Assembly: GCA_964199315.1 (NCBI GenBank)
Contig: OZ116707.1
Coordinates: 26,040,001-26,104,000, forward strand
DNA from: Orbicella franksi
Lineage: Eukaryota
DNA length: 64,000 nucleotides
Direction: 5' to 3'
Made by a program: the position numbers and the translations under genes. The notes under the pieces were generated by a model. That model did no database searches and was not told the DNA's origin. It saw only the letters and a program-made list of their open reading frames with translations. This document shows positions 47,001 through 59,900 of this stretch, one piece after another (the first letter of the stretch is position 1; every line of letters begins with the position of its first letter).

Positions 47001-50000
47001 ATGCAGTAACTTGTGAAAACAAACCTTCCATTCGCCCAACAACCGTCATTCTGTTATCTCTAAGACATATCAAGGCCAGAAAAGGATAGGTGGCTTCACG
47101 AAGAGCACGAGAAACTGAGGCACAAATGAAAAACATTAATTTAGTACTTAACCAGCTCCTGCACACGCAACTTCTTTACTCAGTTAACAAAGCCACAAGA
47201 AAACAAAGCAACATCTCCGTCAGTGACTCCCAAAATAAAAGTACTACATTTTTGTTGCTGGAAATGGTCAGAAATGCAAATGTAGTTCCTGCATTAAGTT
47301 AAAACAGAGTACTGTACCTTTATATCCTTCAGTAGATTTCACATTTGCTGCCCAAAATAACATGTTTCCATTCACATATTCCCTAAATCCTTCATTTGTC
47401 ATTGTTGACCTGATAAAAAGAATTGGATACAAAAGAAGAAAATGGTGTTTCAACTGATGAATATAGACAGCCTAGAAATATATATTACCCATGAAGGGCA
47501 TTCAGGTAGTGACTTGACAAAGGTTAGTGTTCAAAGCAAACGAGTAATGGGCACTGGAGTACAAACAAAATATATTTATAAACTTGTCCATTGTTCTAAT
47601 GAAGATACTTCACTATTGCAGTGTATGTCTCTCCTCAGGTGTGTAAGTGGAAACTGGCATTTACAGCTGGGAAAATATAAATACCAGTGAGCATAGGATC
47701 ACAGGCTTGGAGGGGGATCTGCAGCACCTTCCCCCGACCAGTTTCAGAAATTGTGAAATTTTTCAGGCAAAATGCTCATGATTTGGGTAACGGTGCATGG
47801 AAAAATCCTTGGAAAGTGTCAGAAATCTTTGTAAAATAGTCAAAAACATACATTAGTTTATTAATAGTATATATATGTTTATATAATAGTAATAATAACT
47901 TTTTGTTATATAGCGCCATTCCTACATTCAGGGCCCTTTACAAAGTTGGCAAATATTTAGCAATCATGTGATAAACAAGATAATACATGGTTGCTTGTAG
48001 ATATGGAATATCTCATGTTCAACATTATATTGAACACATGAAAATAAATTCCATATCTAAGCATGCCCATGTATTATTCTCTACGTATAATAATAATTAT
48101 TACAACATTGGGTGTATTTTACAATCTCAATCCCCTTATGCCTTGCCAGCACATCTAGATCACATAAATCAATCTATATTTACCTGCAAAATTCCACTGT
48201 GTCCTGGTGCTCTGAACTATGAAGGTAGACTAGAAGAAAACGTAATTCTCTCTTGGCATCATCCAAAGCCTACAAGAAAATAAAACAAAATATTTTATGA
48301 CTCCTAGCTGCTGAATGTTTGTAAATGTACAGGTTACCCATGCTGCTACTACCCCTAATAGAATTGCCCTAATTCACACAGCTTACTGACCCTGCTGGGA
48401 GACGGGGGTGGGGGAAGGAGGAGCTGTTGCAAAAAAAGTGATGGAGAATTGTACATACCTTTTTAAGGGGCATTACTCATGACTTGGTACTGCTTATGGT
48501 ACCAAGCCAGAATTTATCTTGATACCTCTTAGGGTATAAACCAGAGTCAAGAGAGATAATAAGATAAAACAAAAAAAAAAAACAAAAAAAATAAAAATGA
48601 AAAGAAAAACTAGATCATACATGTAGTGCTAGGAATGTGGATGGTTTGTCCAATAAGCAGACTTGACCTGTAACAGGGACGTTTGAGAAATACTGTATGC
48701 TGATATTATTTTATACTCTTAGTTTTCTTCTTTACTTGGTTCTAACCTGACTGTAACTTCCTTGATAAAATGTGGGATGGACCGCTCCATACTCTGCTTC
48801 AAATTCTGCCTTAAACTGTAACACATCTTCCAGTGGAGTAGTTTGAGCTAGACCAAAGAGGAATAGACTGTGTTAAATTGCCCAATCAGGGTTGCCATCC
48901 ACCGGAACAAAAAATATCCCTGACTTTTCACTGACTGTAAAGCAATTTTCCCTGACCCTACATGATGACTATTCTGGCCAGGAATCAATAAAAATAAGGA
49001 TGGCTCAGATAATTTTTAAAACAAAATTGCCTTGTCTATACAAAAACATCTAATAAAATAATTTGTGGCAACCTTAAGATAAAATTCTCTGACTTTTCAC
49101 TGACTTTGAACAGGGATTAGAACACCCTGATCTGATACAAAACTCCCTGACTTTTTCCTGACCTTGAATAAAGCCTAATTTTCCCTGACGTTTTCCTGAC
49201 CATGGCAACCCTGCCAATTCCTACAAGTAACAAGCTGAAGTACATCATTGTAACTTTATATCATTTCAATATTCAACTTTTCAGAATGACTACATGCCAT
49301 GTGGTGAGTAACATGACAAAAAGTTCCAACACAATAATAAACAATAATACAAGTAAAATGTTACCAAAATCAAGTATATACCTTGAAATGCTGTTGGCCA
49401 GATAAATCTCGCTGAAAACAGAAGACATTAATTTTAAGCATCTTGTGGTTATCACTTTTTCTACAATATCACTACATTGTAAGTTAGAAAAAAATCTTTC
49501 TTACATGTACTTGAACGATAGGGTTTCTGCTATTCAGTGCCAAAACAAGCAATCCCAATGTACACTGTCTTTTTGGTTGGTTTTGATTTACTAAGTTAAG
49601 CTTGAAAGATAGATTCTACCGGTATTAAATAATTAGATTTTTTAAGAACTTGGTCCTGAGGATTGAGTGTTCTCAATGATGCATGGCTCAGAGTGTCCTT
49701 CACGTATTGTTTCTTTTGAAACTAATTCACATACATCATTGACAAAAGGAGATTCAAGTCAGTAATCTTTATGATTAATGGTGCAAAAACCCAAGTGTGA
49801 TTACCTTAAGTTTAAACCAGACAGGAACTGTAGGAGCAGGAAATTTAATTTCAGAATAAAGCTACTGGTTTTTTAAATGAAACTGTTGGGTTGTGATGGC
49901 AGGCCAGTGAAACACTCAGTTCATTAATATCAAATTGGAGTCGATAAAGATAAATGAGCCACCTTAACAAAATGAGGTGACATTTTTCATGTTAGCCCTT

Positions 50001-52367
50001 CATCACATAGCTCTGATGACGGGATAACGCTCAAAATGCCAGCTTCAAAACTCACTATGGCAGTTAACATACCTTTATCAACTTAATTAATTAATTAACC
50101 CCTTGAGTGCCTGACCATTGTGTACACTGTGTGCCACACCATTTTCACTGAAATTGGGTGTCTAGTAAAAACCTTCAGAATTATGCCATAAGCTTTTTCA
50201 CTTAAGCTATGGACAAGCACACATTTACTGAAAGGTCATAAAAGTATCTATTTAATGCTGTAAATTTCACTGAGGTTGACATAATTTGATATCCATATGA
50301 CATCAGAGCAATGGGAAATCAGAGGTCTGTCAAAAAACCTCCTACGAGTCTCAGGTGCCAATAAAAGTTGCCGGGAGTTTAACTAAATCTCTTAAAATTT
50401 TGACGTACCCAGCACACCATATAGGCACCCGAGGGATGAAAATCACGACATACTGAGTACGTCATATAGGTACTCAAGGGGTTAATTTCAGGCACAACTT
50501 CCAAAAGCACTGCTCTATATTGTGCTCAATGAACATTCTCTTCAATAAAGTAAAATAAAAGTTTCAGCTGTTTGCTGTGTGTAATACCAATGAATCCAAG
50601 AAGATCTCTCACAATACTGGACGCAAATCTAAAAGGAAGAAATGGAATGGCCAGAGCCCAAAACAACCATCCCTGAAACAACAACACAATGGAATCACTG
50701 TTAGTATTGATATTCACTTACAAATATTTAAATAACATAAGTCTTAAATATATTGAGAAAGCAGGCACTAAATGTAAAAGACAGAGTATTCAACTGTTTA
50801 TCTCTGACAGTCAGTAGCTGAACTTTAACCACAAATAAGTTTAGTTTGCACTATAGGGAAGACAAATTGCTTTTTACATAGAAATTTTCTAGTATGATTT
50901 ACAAAATTAAATAAATGCATTCACTGCAGTCCTTCAGTACATCACTCATGGTAAACTTGTATGGGCTCATTGACTAATAACACCATAAAATTCAGACGAT
51001 ACTCATCCCCCATCTCAGCACCAATACCAGATGGCTACATGTAGGATTGAATATCAAAACTTGATTCTTGATTCAAAGAATCAAGGACCACGTATCAAGT
51101 TTTGAGTTACCACCGTAAGCAACCTTCATGTAAACGGAAGATACACCTAACCTGGTTTTGTCTTTGTGCCACCACTACTGTTCTAGGTGTGCCGGTGTTT
51201 GCAGTAGTTCTTGAAAATTGGCTCTGGGTTGCTGAATCTTCATCTCTGCCATCATTCTCGTCGTCACTACCATCAAATGAGTCTTGCCGAGGGTGAAAAA
51301 CTGGCTCTGACCCTTCTGCTTCATTCAGTGTATCTTGAACTGCCGTCTAAGCAATAAAATGATAAATGTTAAAGATGGAAAATAAATATCAGCATACCTG
51401 CCTACTCTCCCTAAAAATCTGTTAGTTTCATCGCAGCAAACTGAATCCACAAACCTGCTGCTCCCCTATATGGCTTGTCAGTTCTTCGACAGATTTCAGG
51501 AAGAAATTGGGATTTCAAATTGACTCTCTACCATTATATCTATCCAGAGCTTATTGTTTTAGTTAGCCTCTTTATTGGGCCGAGAAGAGGTACTTTTGAA
51601 CTCACAAAATTGATGATCTCCCAGATTTTTATTTAATATATTTTTACTTATACTTAATTTTTCAGGATTCTTTGATTTTACAGTTGGTTTATTCTTTCAT
51701 TTTTAAAATCACACCCAAAGGCAATTTCAATAAAGATTCATCTATTACTAGTTAAATATAAATTTGCAGCTGTTGTTAAAAGACAAACTGTTTAAATATC
51801 TGGTGGTTTTTTTTTTACGGTGAATTTTAGATTTTTCAACTGTGTTCGATTGAGTTCGATTGGGTTCGGGTACTCCTGAAATCAAAGGCAACCGAACACT
51901 CTCACACAAATGTATTGGTTCCATTGTCCAATCGTTCGAAATCTTAAGTTCGATCAGGTTCGATTAAATTCGATTATCGAACAGTTCGATTAGGAACGTC
52001 GGACATTTCAAAACTTCACTGCGCACATATTAAATATGAAACAATCAGAAAATTAACTATGATTCAACAGGTATTTATATGCTTATTCTAAATTCTACCA
52101 AAATTTGGCAATAACAAATTAATCTTAAATACATTTTTAACTTGTAGTATGGAAACCAAAAGTAAATCACCTCGATATCCCAATTGTGCCTCTCAAGAAC
52201 TGCTCGACACTCCTCAATATCGTTGTAACCAGTTATATCCTGAAAGAAAATAATTCTAATGATGCTTTTTCTCTTTACATCTAATAACTGAAGACGCTTT
52301 ACACTCCAACCTGAAAATGAGCTAAAATCTCCGTTCGACAAGCTGAATCGTCGCATCCTTCCGCCAT
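44060..52367 (-). CDS. FAF2: FAS-associated factor 2 (UBXD8): UBA-like, hydrophobic hairpin, UAS, coiled coil and UBX domains; 13 exons, 454 aa
   Basis: Exons (minus): 52367-52311, 52239-52171, 51346-51152, 50672-50588, 48847-48747, 48269-48184, 47409-47318, 47114-47025, 46341-46254, 45753-45672, 45479-45390, 44693-44550, 44245-44060. All introns GT-AG and in frame. Motifs include HFQDITG..LERHNWDIE, HPTFYQGSYSQALDDAKRELRFLLVYLH, VSRALREATYPFLA, QDEAYYESVRADQEK, KLPNGKRLERRF and NFPRK. Confidence 0.96.
48887..49213. mobile_element. Non-autonomous TIR element with a 5-bp TSD (hAT5-like?) in FAF2 intron 4
   Basis: Perfect 12-bp TIRs CAGGGTTGCCAT/ATGGCAACCCTG, CCAAT on both flanks, and an internal repeated motif TCCCTGACTTTTCACTGAC. 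Confidence 0.8.
50099..50481. mobile_element. piggyBac-type MITE in FAF2 intron 4
   Basis: TTAA|CCCCTTGAGTGCCT ... AGGTACTCAAGGGG|TTAA. Confidence 0.85.
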
Positions 52368-53103
52368 TTTGCTCCTGTTACCCACGTTGCCTTGCGGGAT
52401 AAGCTTTTATCCTCAGCCTCGTAACCACGATCTTTTTCTGTAAGCGTGACCAGAGCTAGCGTGACTAACGAATCTGAAGAAGTCACGTTATTAACCCGTA
52501 GGAGATTGATGGATAAAAAAGGTTATTCGGACTTTTTATACCCGGGCGAGCTCACTAAAAAGACATGGAAAATCTGGCAGCTCATGAAAAACTCGAAACT
52601 GAGGTTCATTCTTTTTTCCATGTCATGCGAAAGTCAAGAAGTTGAACAGAAAGCCTGTTCAAATAAGCATTGCGTTTAAGCTCAGGCCTAGTTTTGGAAT
52701 AAGCGCGTTGTTGTTGTCCTAGGAGCGGCACTTATTCGGTGGCGGCGTTTATTGGCATTCAAGGTGTTGTCAAGTGCAGTACTTTACTGTAGCCGTTCGA
52801 CCCCTAGGTCTGGAAGCGGACATTCGAGAGTAATATTTAGTGGTGACGGCGGTGAAGATGGTCATATTATGGTATACAATTTCCGTTAGCTCCGTTTTCC
52901 TCCACTCTTAACGAGGAGTAGGGCTTGCCTTTCGTGCTTTTCCAGTTTTTAGTAATCGCAAATATTTTGCCATCGCAGAAGATACCTTAGAAACGCTGCA
53001 GGCAATTTTGGGGGATTCTATCCACACCAAGCGAAGAAAATGTTATTTTGAGCCAGAAACACAATGTGATCGAAAGCTCAGGCCCTCACTTGTTATTAAT
53101 ATA

Positions 53104-53296
53104 TTTTTAGAAACAACACAACGTTTTTTAAAAACATGTTTCAACAGAATCTTCTGTCATCTTCAGTTTAAATTACAAAGTACAGAGTTGAATACACACA
53201 CTATATATTCAACTCTGTACTTTGTAATTTAAACTGAAGATGACAGAAGATTCTGTTGAAACATGTTTTTGAAAAACGTTGTGTTGTTTCTAAAAA
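53104..53296. repeat. Near-perfect palindrome: 91-bp arms (1 mismatch), 11-nt spacer
   Basis: 53104-53194 is the reverse complement of 53206-53296; the spacer is CACACACTATA. Confidence 0.95.
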
Positions 53297-53633
53297 TTTA
53301 ACATGTCTGCTACTATCCAGACTTTTTGGCATTATTAATAATATACATGAGAAAAATCCCCTGGTGTATTTTATATATAGCCTTTTTGATCTTCTCTCCC
53401 CTTCCACCCCTCTCATACCCCTCATAGTTTTCCTCAATAGGGAAACGGGAAATGACAATTTCTAACTCTGAAATATAAACGATCTTGCTACCATTCTGAT
53501 CAGTGTGAGCAAGTCAGTATCAAAAAAAAGCCGGCTTGATGAGTTAGCTACACAGATTAGTCGCTTTAATCATTTGATCTAAAAGTCCGGAGTAAGCGAT
53601 GATAATAGATGGCAACTTTGTCATCTTTTGCAA

Positions 53634-53674
<41 letters not shown>
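53634..53674. repeat. (AAT)n microsatellite, about 13 units
   Basis: Read directly from the sequence. Confidence 0.95.
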
Positions 53675-53677
<3 letters not shown>

Positions 53678-53889
53678 TGATGATAATAAGACTTCATTTA
53701 TATATCGCTATTTCCCTTTAGCTCAAAGTTTACAGTCATAGAGGAAGCTATAAACGTTACAAATTTAAAAGATCGTTGTTGCTATTCTCCGTCTTTCCTT
53801 GGTATTGGTTTTCTATGGGTTTCCCACATTGGGGGTTTTCTCGGCTGGCAAATTAATTCCCCTTTGACCCATCTTACCAGGGACCACGT

Positions 53890-53899
53890 CCATATTAGG
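53890..53899. promoter_or_regulatory. CArG box (SRF site) with an overlapping ETS-like GGAAGT
   Basis: CCATATTAGG fits CC(A/T)6GG, about 57 bp upstream of the Pur ATG; TATA-like AATAAATA lies downstream. Confidence 0.45.
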
Positions 53900-53955
53900 A
53901 AGTGCCGTTCACCCAAATAAATAGTGCAGGGGGTCTGGGTGCGTGCGCACTCAAG

Positions 53956-56900
53956 ATGGCTGGTGCCGAGCACGGGAACACCGAGGCTGATGTAGGAGAA
54001 GGAAGAATGGCTGCGAGTGAGGGAGCGAACGGAGGGGAATATGCGGACGAAGGACAGGATGGTCGAGGTAAAAAAGCTAAAAAAACAGCCTGAATTTATG
54101 TGTCATTTTCGCGAAGGCTAAGTTTGGAGCGGTCGTGTAAGGAAGGGAAAAAATCGTTTTCAACATGCACATCCTGACAGCTTTCGAAGGCTCTTCTACC
54201 TCCGGTCGCTAAGTCTTCGCTATTATGCGGCGAAAATTTTTCGCAAATGTTTCTGACTTTGTGTTTTTCTTCCGCTAGGCGACACGGAACTTTTCAGCAA
54301 GTCGCTGAAAATTCAATCCAAACGTTTTTACGTGGATGTGAAGCAAAATCGTCGTGGCAAGTTCATCAAAATTGCAGAGGTTAGTCGTAAAACAATAAAA
54401 TCCATTTGCCGGCGTCGAAGAAAGGCAGTTGCACCTTCGCTGAAGCTACATTACGCCGTGGTTTTTAACCAGATAATGTCCTCTTCTTGAGAATACCGTA
54501 AACAAGCTAACGCGGGCGTCTGAGTGGGCTGTCTTCGACTGTCTTTGCAATTATTTATTTCAGCTGAATTATCGGCGCAACGGAAGGTGTGAAAAGAGTG
54601 GAGAGAAAATATCCGAGAGAGCGAAAACCAAAACCTGGCAGGGTGTCTTTACAGTCTGTCAGGCTCCTAAAGCTGTTCTACATATAATTATTTTTGGCAA
54701 GACCTAGAATAGCCCGTTATGAGTTGGTAATTTGCAAATCTCTGTGCAATTTGTGACTGGAGTTTCTTGGATATTTTTTTTTTTTGGTTCGGGTTTGAAT
54801 TTAAATGGCCGGGACTTCCTGTAGTGTGATAAATAAGGTATGTACACACAAAATGTACTGTTATTGGTAATACGTGCTAGTTAGATATGCCATTTCTAGC
54901 TTTCGCACTTGATATCTTTTTCTGAAAAACAGCTTTTTGTATCCAGTCGTAAAGAGCAGGAAATATTTTCTCCTCCAAAAGGAAGCCTATGTTTTGATAT
55001 ATACGATAAAAATCACTGATTATCAATTATTCAGCTGTGTTGGCAGGCCGCTAGCTTGTTCTGCTATTGTAGGTAGCATTTCCACGTTTTTATTTGTTCC
55101 TTTTCAGACCTTAATCAGCAAGTACTTTATTATTGAACTTATTGCGAGAAAACGAAGCTCGGAAGGAAAAATAATGTCAGGCTTATGCTGTGTTTGAATT
55201 CTATTTTACTTTTTCTAACATGCATAAAATCCTGCCGGCTGAGGAAAACGTTTTTTCAGGAACTAATTATGTAAATTTCCATGACATTATGATTTACCTG
55301 AATTCTTAGATTTCTCTATTTTGGTGGAAACCAGAAGTAAAATATGTTATCTTGCTGCGCAATGCATAGTTACTATTTAATATGTTGTTCGAAATGGGCT
55401 CGATTGGGTCGAAAGTTTTGAAGGGTTATCGGTTGTTCACGAATTTTAAGCTCTTGTTAGCTAAATATTATCTTGTACAATTTGACATGCCTGAACTTGA
55501 ATTTATGGTGATTTTAATTGTAATTTAGTGATTTGTAATTTAGAATAGTGTCTGTGCCTCTAAAACGTAAATTGACGTCGATATTAGGGAATTCAACCGT
55601 GTTTCAAGTAAATGGAAATGCAATATATTTACTCGGTGACGATACGTTAGTGAGGTTTCTCTTTTACTGCTCATTTACCAGTTTGGGAAATCAGATGTTA
55701 TGAAATGAGTAAACATTATGTGTAATGTTTTTTTACGTTGACTTTAGAATGTTAACCGGGGTACATATAAAATCCAGAGATGAAATTTCCTCGGAATTCT
55801 TCCAAACAGTTCACTTCTCTTTCAATCTAGCCATTGTTTTTGAAGATAACTCTGTGTTATGGATTGTCTGGGATGTTACTGAAAAGAACAAAGGAACCTT
55901 ATCATAAAGACTTTTATTTTAAATTATTCATAAGAATTTACAATTCAACTAGTATTCTTAAAAATACCTGAAGCTATTGAGTCCTGCCTCAAAATTTTTG
56001 AAGCTTAAAATTTGCAAGATACATGAAGATAGCCATTTACCAGTAGATACCAAAGGCAATCATTCCAAAAGTTTTACATGAAATTTGTGTGGGAACGTCT
56101 TTATTTCCGGTGGATCTTTTTAAAATTATTTTCTTGGTAGACCTTTTTATTTTAATTCCTGGTACATGCAACGCCAGTCAGGCTACCAGGTTAGTATGTA
56201 AAATTCTTGTGATGTGGCAACAGCTTTTCCTGTTTACTATGCTTTGAGAGGTGTTCTCAAAAATGATATTAGCCTAGTGATTATAATGATGAAATCCAAT
56301 ATCAAGGCCAGTTATCTGAATTATCACAGACATTCAGACCTTTGATATAAATGACAGTACACGTATACCCAAGATATTATTACTTCAAACACTTCTATGA
56401 AAAACAATGAGGTATTTATAAATTCCAGTTGGTACTGGATAGTTTTTTTAGTGTTTTTTTTTTCAGGATTGACTATACAATCAAGTTATCATCCTACTAG
56501 CAGTTGGCAATTATGCTTAAATATAATTTAATTTATGTCAATTTGAGCAACTCTGTTATTCAGAATTAGGTTAGACTGTGAGCAGTTTTTTTTTTTTTTT
56601 TTTGCTCGAAAATCTGTGTGAAAGAACGTGAAACAAGTGAGCGGTCATGAGTGTGCGAGTATGACTTGCAAAGCCACAAGCCGCAAGTAGTGCGGGCATT
56701 GAAGACGAGTGAAAAGAGACTGCAATGGTTTTATACAGCATTTCTGAATCCCAGTACTCTGCTGATGGAGTAATTCTCTTGGTTGGTCTATGAAGTTATG
56801 ATGAACATCTGTCAGTAACCTTTATTTGTAACATGCGCTGCACTCCAAACTCTGTTGTTAAGTTTGTCTCCTATGGGTGGTAACATTTTTTACCTCTGCG

Positions 56901-59900
56901 GTTCTCTTTTAAATTTTAATCGATCCACCTTATTATTAGTTTTATTTGTTTTGAAGGGCTGTGGTATTAGGAGGACTTGAAAGTAGAGTAGAGCTGTTTG
57001 AATGTCTACAAGTTTTGGCTGTTATCTAGTATGGTAGGGTATGGATATTTTGGAATCAACCCTTAACAGGTTGTCACACATCCAAAATCCCTAAATATAG
57101 GACAAATCATGTGTTATTATTTAACAAAGCGCACTCAGCCAAGGTTTAATTTGTGACTATGTATGATGACCCTTGCGACAAGTCTCTTTTTGCAGCTGGA
57201 AAGGATTTGATTATTCATTATTTCCCATTGTATGTAGTACCAACAGCCTAGATGAAAGAAATGGACTTAGGTTTCTAGTAATGATTTCCAGCACTTGCAC
57301 ATTGATGGATTGACACTACCTGCTACATGTGTTTATTATATAAGTTGATGCTCAAGTAATGAATGGTATAACACAAACATCCAGTCATTTGTGAGAGTTA
57401 CAATCCTCTTCTTGGTTTGATGGGTGCACTGTAGGAATTACAAAACCATTGAAAAAATCTGGTTAGCTTTATTTAGCTTTATATTTTTAGTGCTTAATGT
57501 TTACCCTAGTGCTCAAAACATTCAAAAATGAATCTGCAGAAGGTTTAAATTTCCCTTTAGTTAGTTTTTGTTTTTTGTTCTGTTCTGTTTAGTTTTTTCT
57601 TATTTTTTTCCTGTGAAACAGTTGGCACATGTATAAAAGAATAAGTAATTAGACAGTATAATTTCTGGGCTAGGTACATTGCAATGTTGTTAGAAGTATA
57701 AAAATGTGATTAACTTAATATCTTGCAGGTTTCTGTTAACCGTTCTGGAAAAAGCAAGGTCATATTTACCATGGGCGTGGCTCGGGATTTCTGCACCAAG
57801 CTAACAGCCTTTGCAAATTTCCTTGCCCAAGGTAAAAGCTATCTTGATAGTACATGTACATCACAGTTACATGTACATACATGTCACTGTTTCATAATTT
57901 GTGTCATGATTTACACTCTTATTTTAATTCATGATTGCTTGCAGTTCTTGCACACTCAAAAGAACCTCGTGTAAACTCCTTTCTCAAATAAGATTTCTTT
58001 TAACAATGACACAATTGCATACTCTTATCAATCAGTTGCTGACCTTCCTTACATCATTATAATAGTGGTGCAGCTGGGAACAATAGCATAGGTGCATCCG
58101 CAATTATTGGGGAGGAGCCCTAGGCTTGGTGTTAGTTTGCCATGGTGCTCGAAGAACCTTCAGCTAAAAAGACTCATCTTACCTCGTAAACTTTTTGTTT
58201 CTAGCACCGAAACGTGATGAAGAATCAGAGGAATCTGGCAATTTGATGAGGTAAAATGACAAGTTACATCATTTACTGTTTGTATGTGCTGTTATTCTGG
58301 GGTGCTCCACCAGTGCAGTTCCTAGTTGGAAATCAATCAGTGGATACTTTCACAAAAAACCTACATACATGTACGTGTCCATGTGTACAAAGGACATGTA
58401 TAGTAGCAATATTCATTGTGACAGATGTCCCTGCTTGATTTTATGTCTTAGTCTGTAGCATGGGTGAATTGACAGTACTACATAATATGCACTTTACATC
58501 GACATGGTCTTCCTCATTGTGTAACATACCTTTTAGAACCCATGAAATAATTTATACAGTTAACAGTACAATCAGGGTTCTCTGGTTTGGGAGGTTCTGA
58601 ATGCTCAGTGCCGGGTCTTACTGGTCAGTCTGAGAGAACCTTGCACTAACATTCAGCTGTTTCTCAGCTGCTTGTGATTGAATGTAACTCTCTGTCTCTT
58701 TTTTTATTTTGTAGCGAGAGCATCAGAGGTCCAAACAACAGGATGTATTATCTTGACCTCAAAGAAAATAACAGAGGAAAGTTCCTCAAGGTTTGTGTTA
58801 GTGTCTTCAGTACTTTTCCTGAAGAATGGTTATTTTGATTCCCAAATTGATAAAAACAGTATACCTGGCAAATAAGAGGCTGGCTTCTAGTACTGTAGCT
58901 TTTTAAAAATGCCCTCCTAAATAGGAAATTCCAGATAAAAATCAGGCATATGTTGATGGGCATCCAGGAGTCCTGTGGATGGCCACTTTTTAAAGAAAAT
59001 TGTTTTATTTTTCATATGTTGCCTTATAAATTGTTCATTGGAGCAGGCCCTATTTTGCATTTTGGATGCCCACTTTTCAAATCCTGGCAAAAAGCCTGCA
59101 GAGAAGAGTTTCACGCATAAAACAAGCCCTTCATTCAAGAATTCTGAAGCTTGAATTACAGTTGTTAAGCTGACTATGGGTAACACGCATATAAGAACTA
59201 CAAAATCAGATTTCAACAGTCACACATACTTGCATGAGAACATTCACAATTTTGACAGCCTTCTGCTCTTGAGTTGAAGCAAGTGTGTAATAGTGTTAAC
59301 CTGTATACAAAGTCTATTGACATATTGTATGACAATCATTCATGGAAAGCCTTGAAACATTCTAACACAACTCTGCTTTGACAGATCAATCAAACTGGGA
59401 CATATGGCCGTGGAGGTCGCACTAATATTGCTGTTCCTGCTCAAGGCATTGTGGATATTAGAAATGCACTTTCTGAGGTGCTTGAGGAGTATGGCTCAGA
59501 AGAAGGTTGGTGAATTAATCCACATTAAAATGTGTGCTAATATTCAGCTGTTTGTGATTAAATTATCTGAAGTCACTTCACAGAAAGTGGAGTGGCTTCT
59601 TCATTTTTCATGTCTCTGGCTGTGACTCTAATTTTGTGTAATTTACTCCACCTGTCCGTTACCCTCTACCCCACCCATCACCTTGAGTAAATTTTAAATT
59701 AGGTCAGTCTATGGCCTGCAAGTTAGTCTTGCAGATCCCAGTGTATATCAGATTTTCAAAGTGCAATTTTAGGTCAGCAGGGAAACCATTGCCATAAAAT
59801 CCAACCAAGGATCTTTTGTTGTAGACCTACAGAATGTAGTTCAATCTGTTCAATGGCAAATGTGATAACAGTAAACTGAGTACCTTTTGAAGAATCCTTT

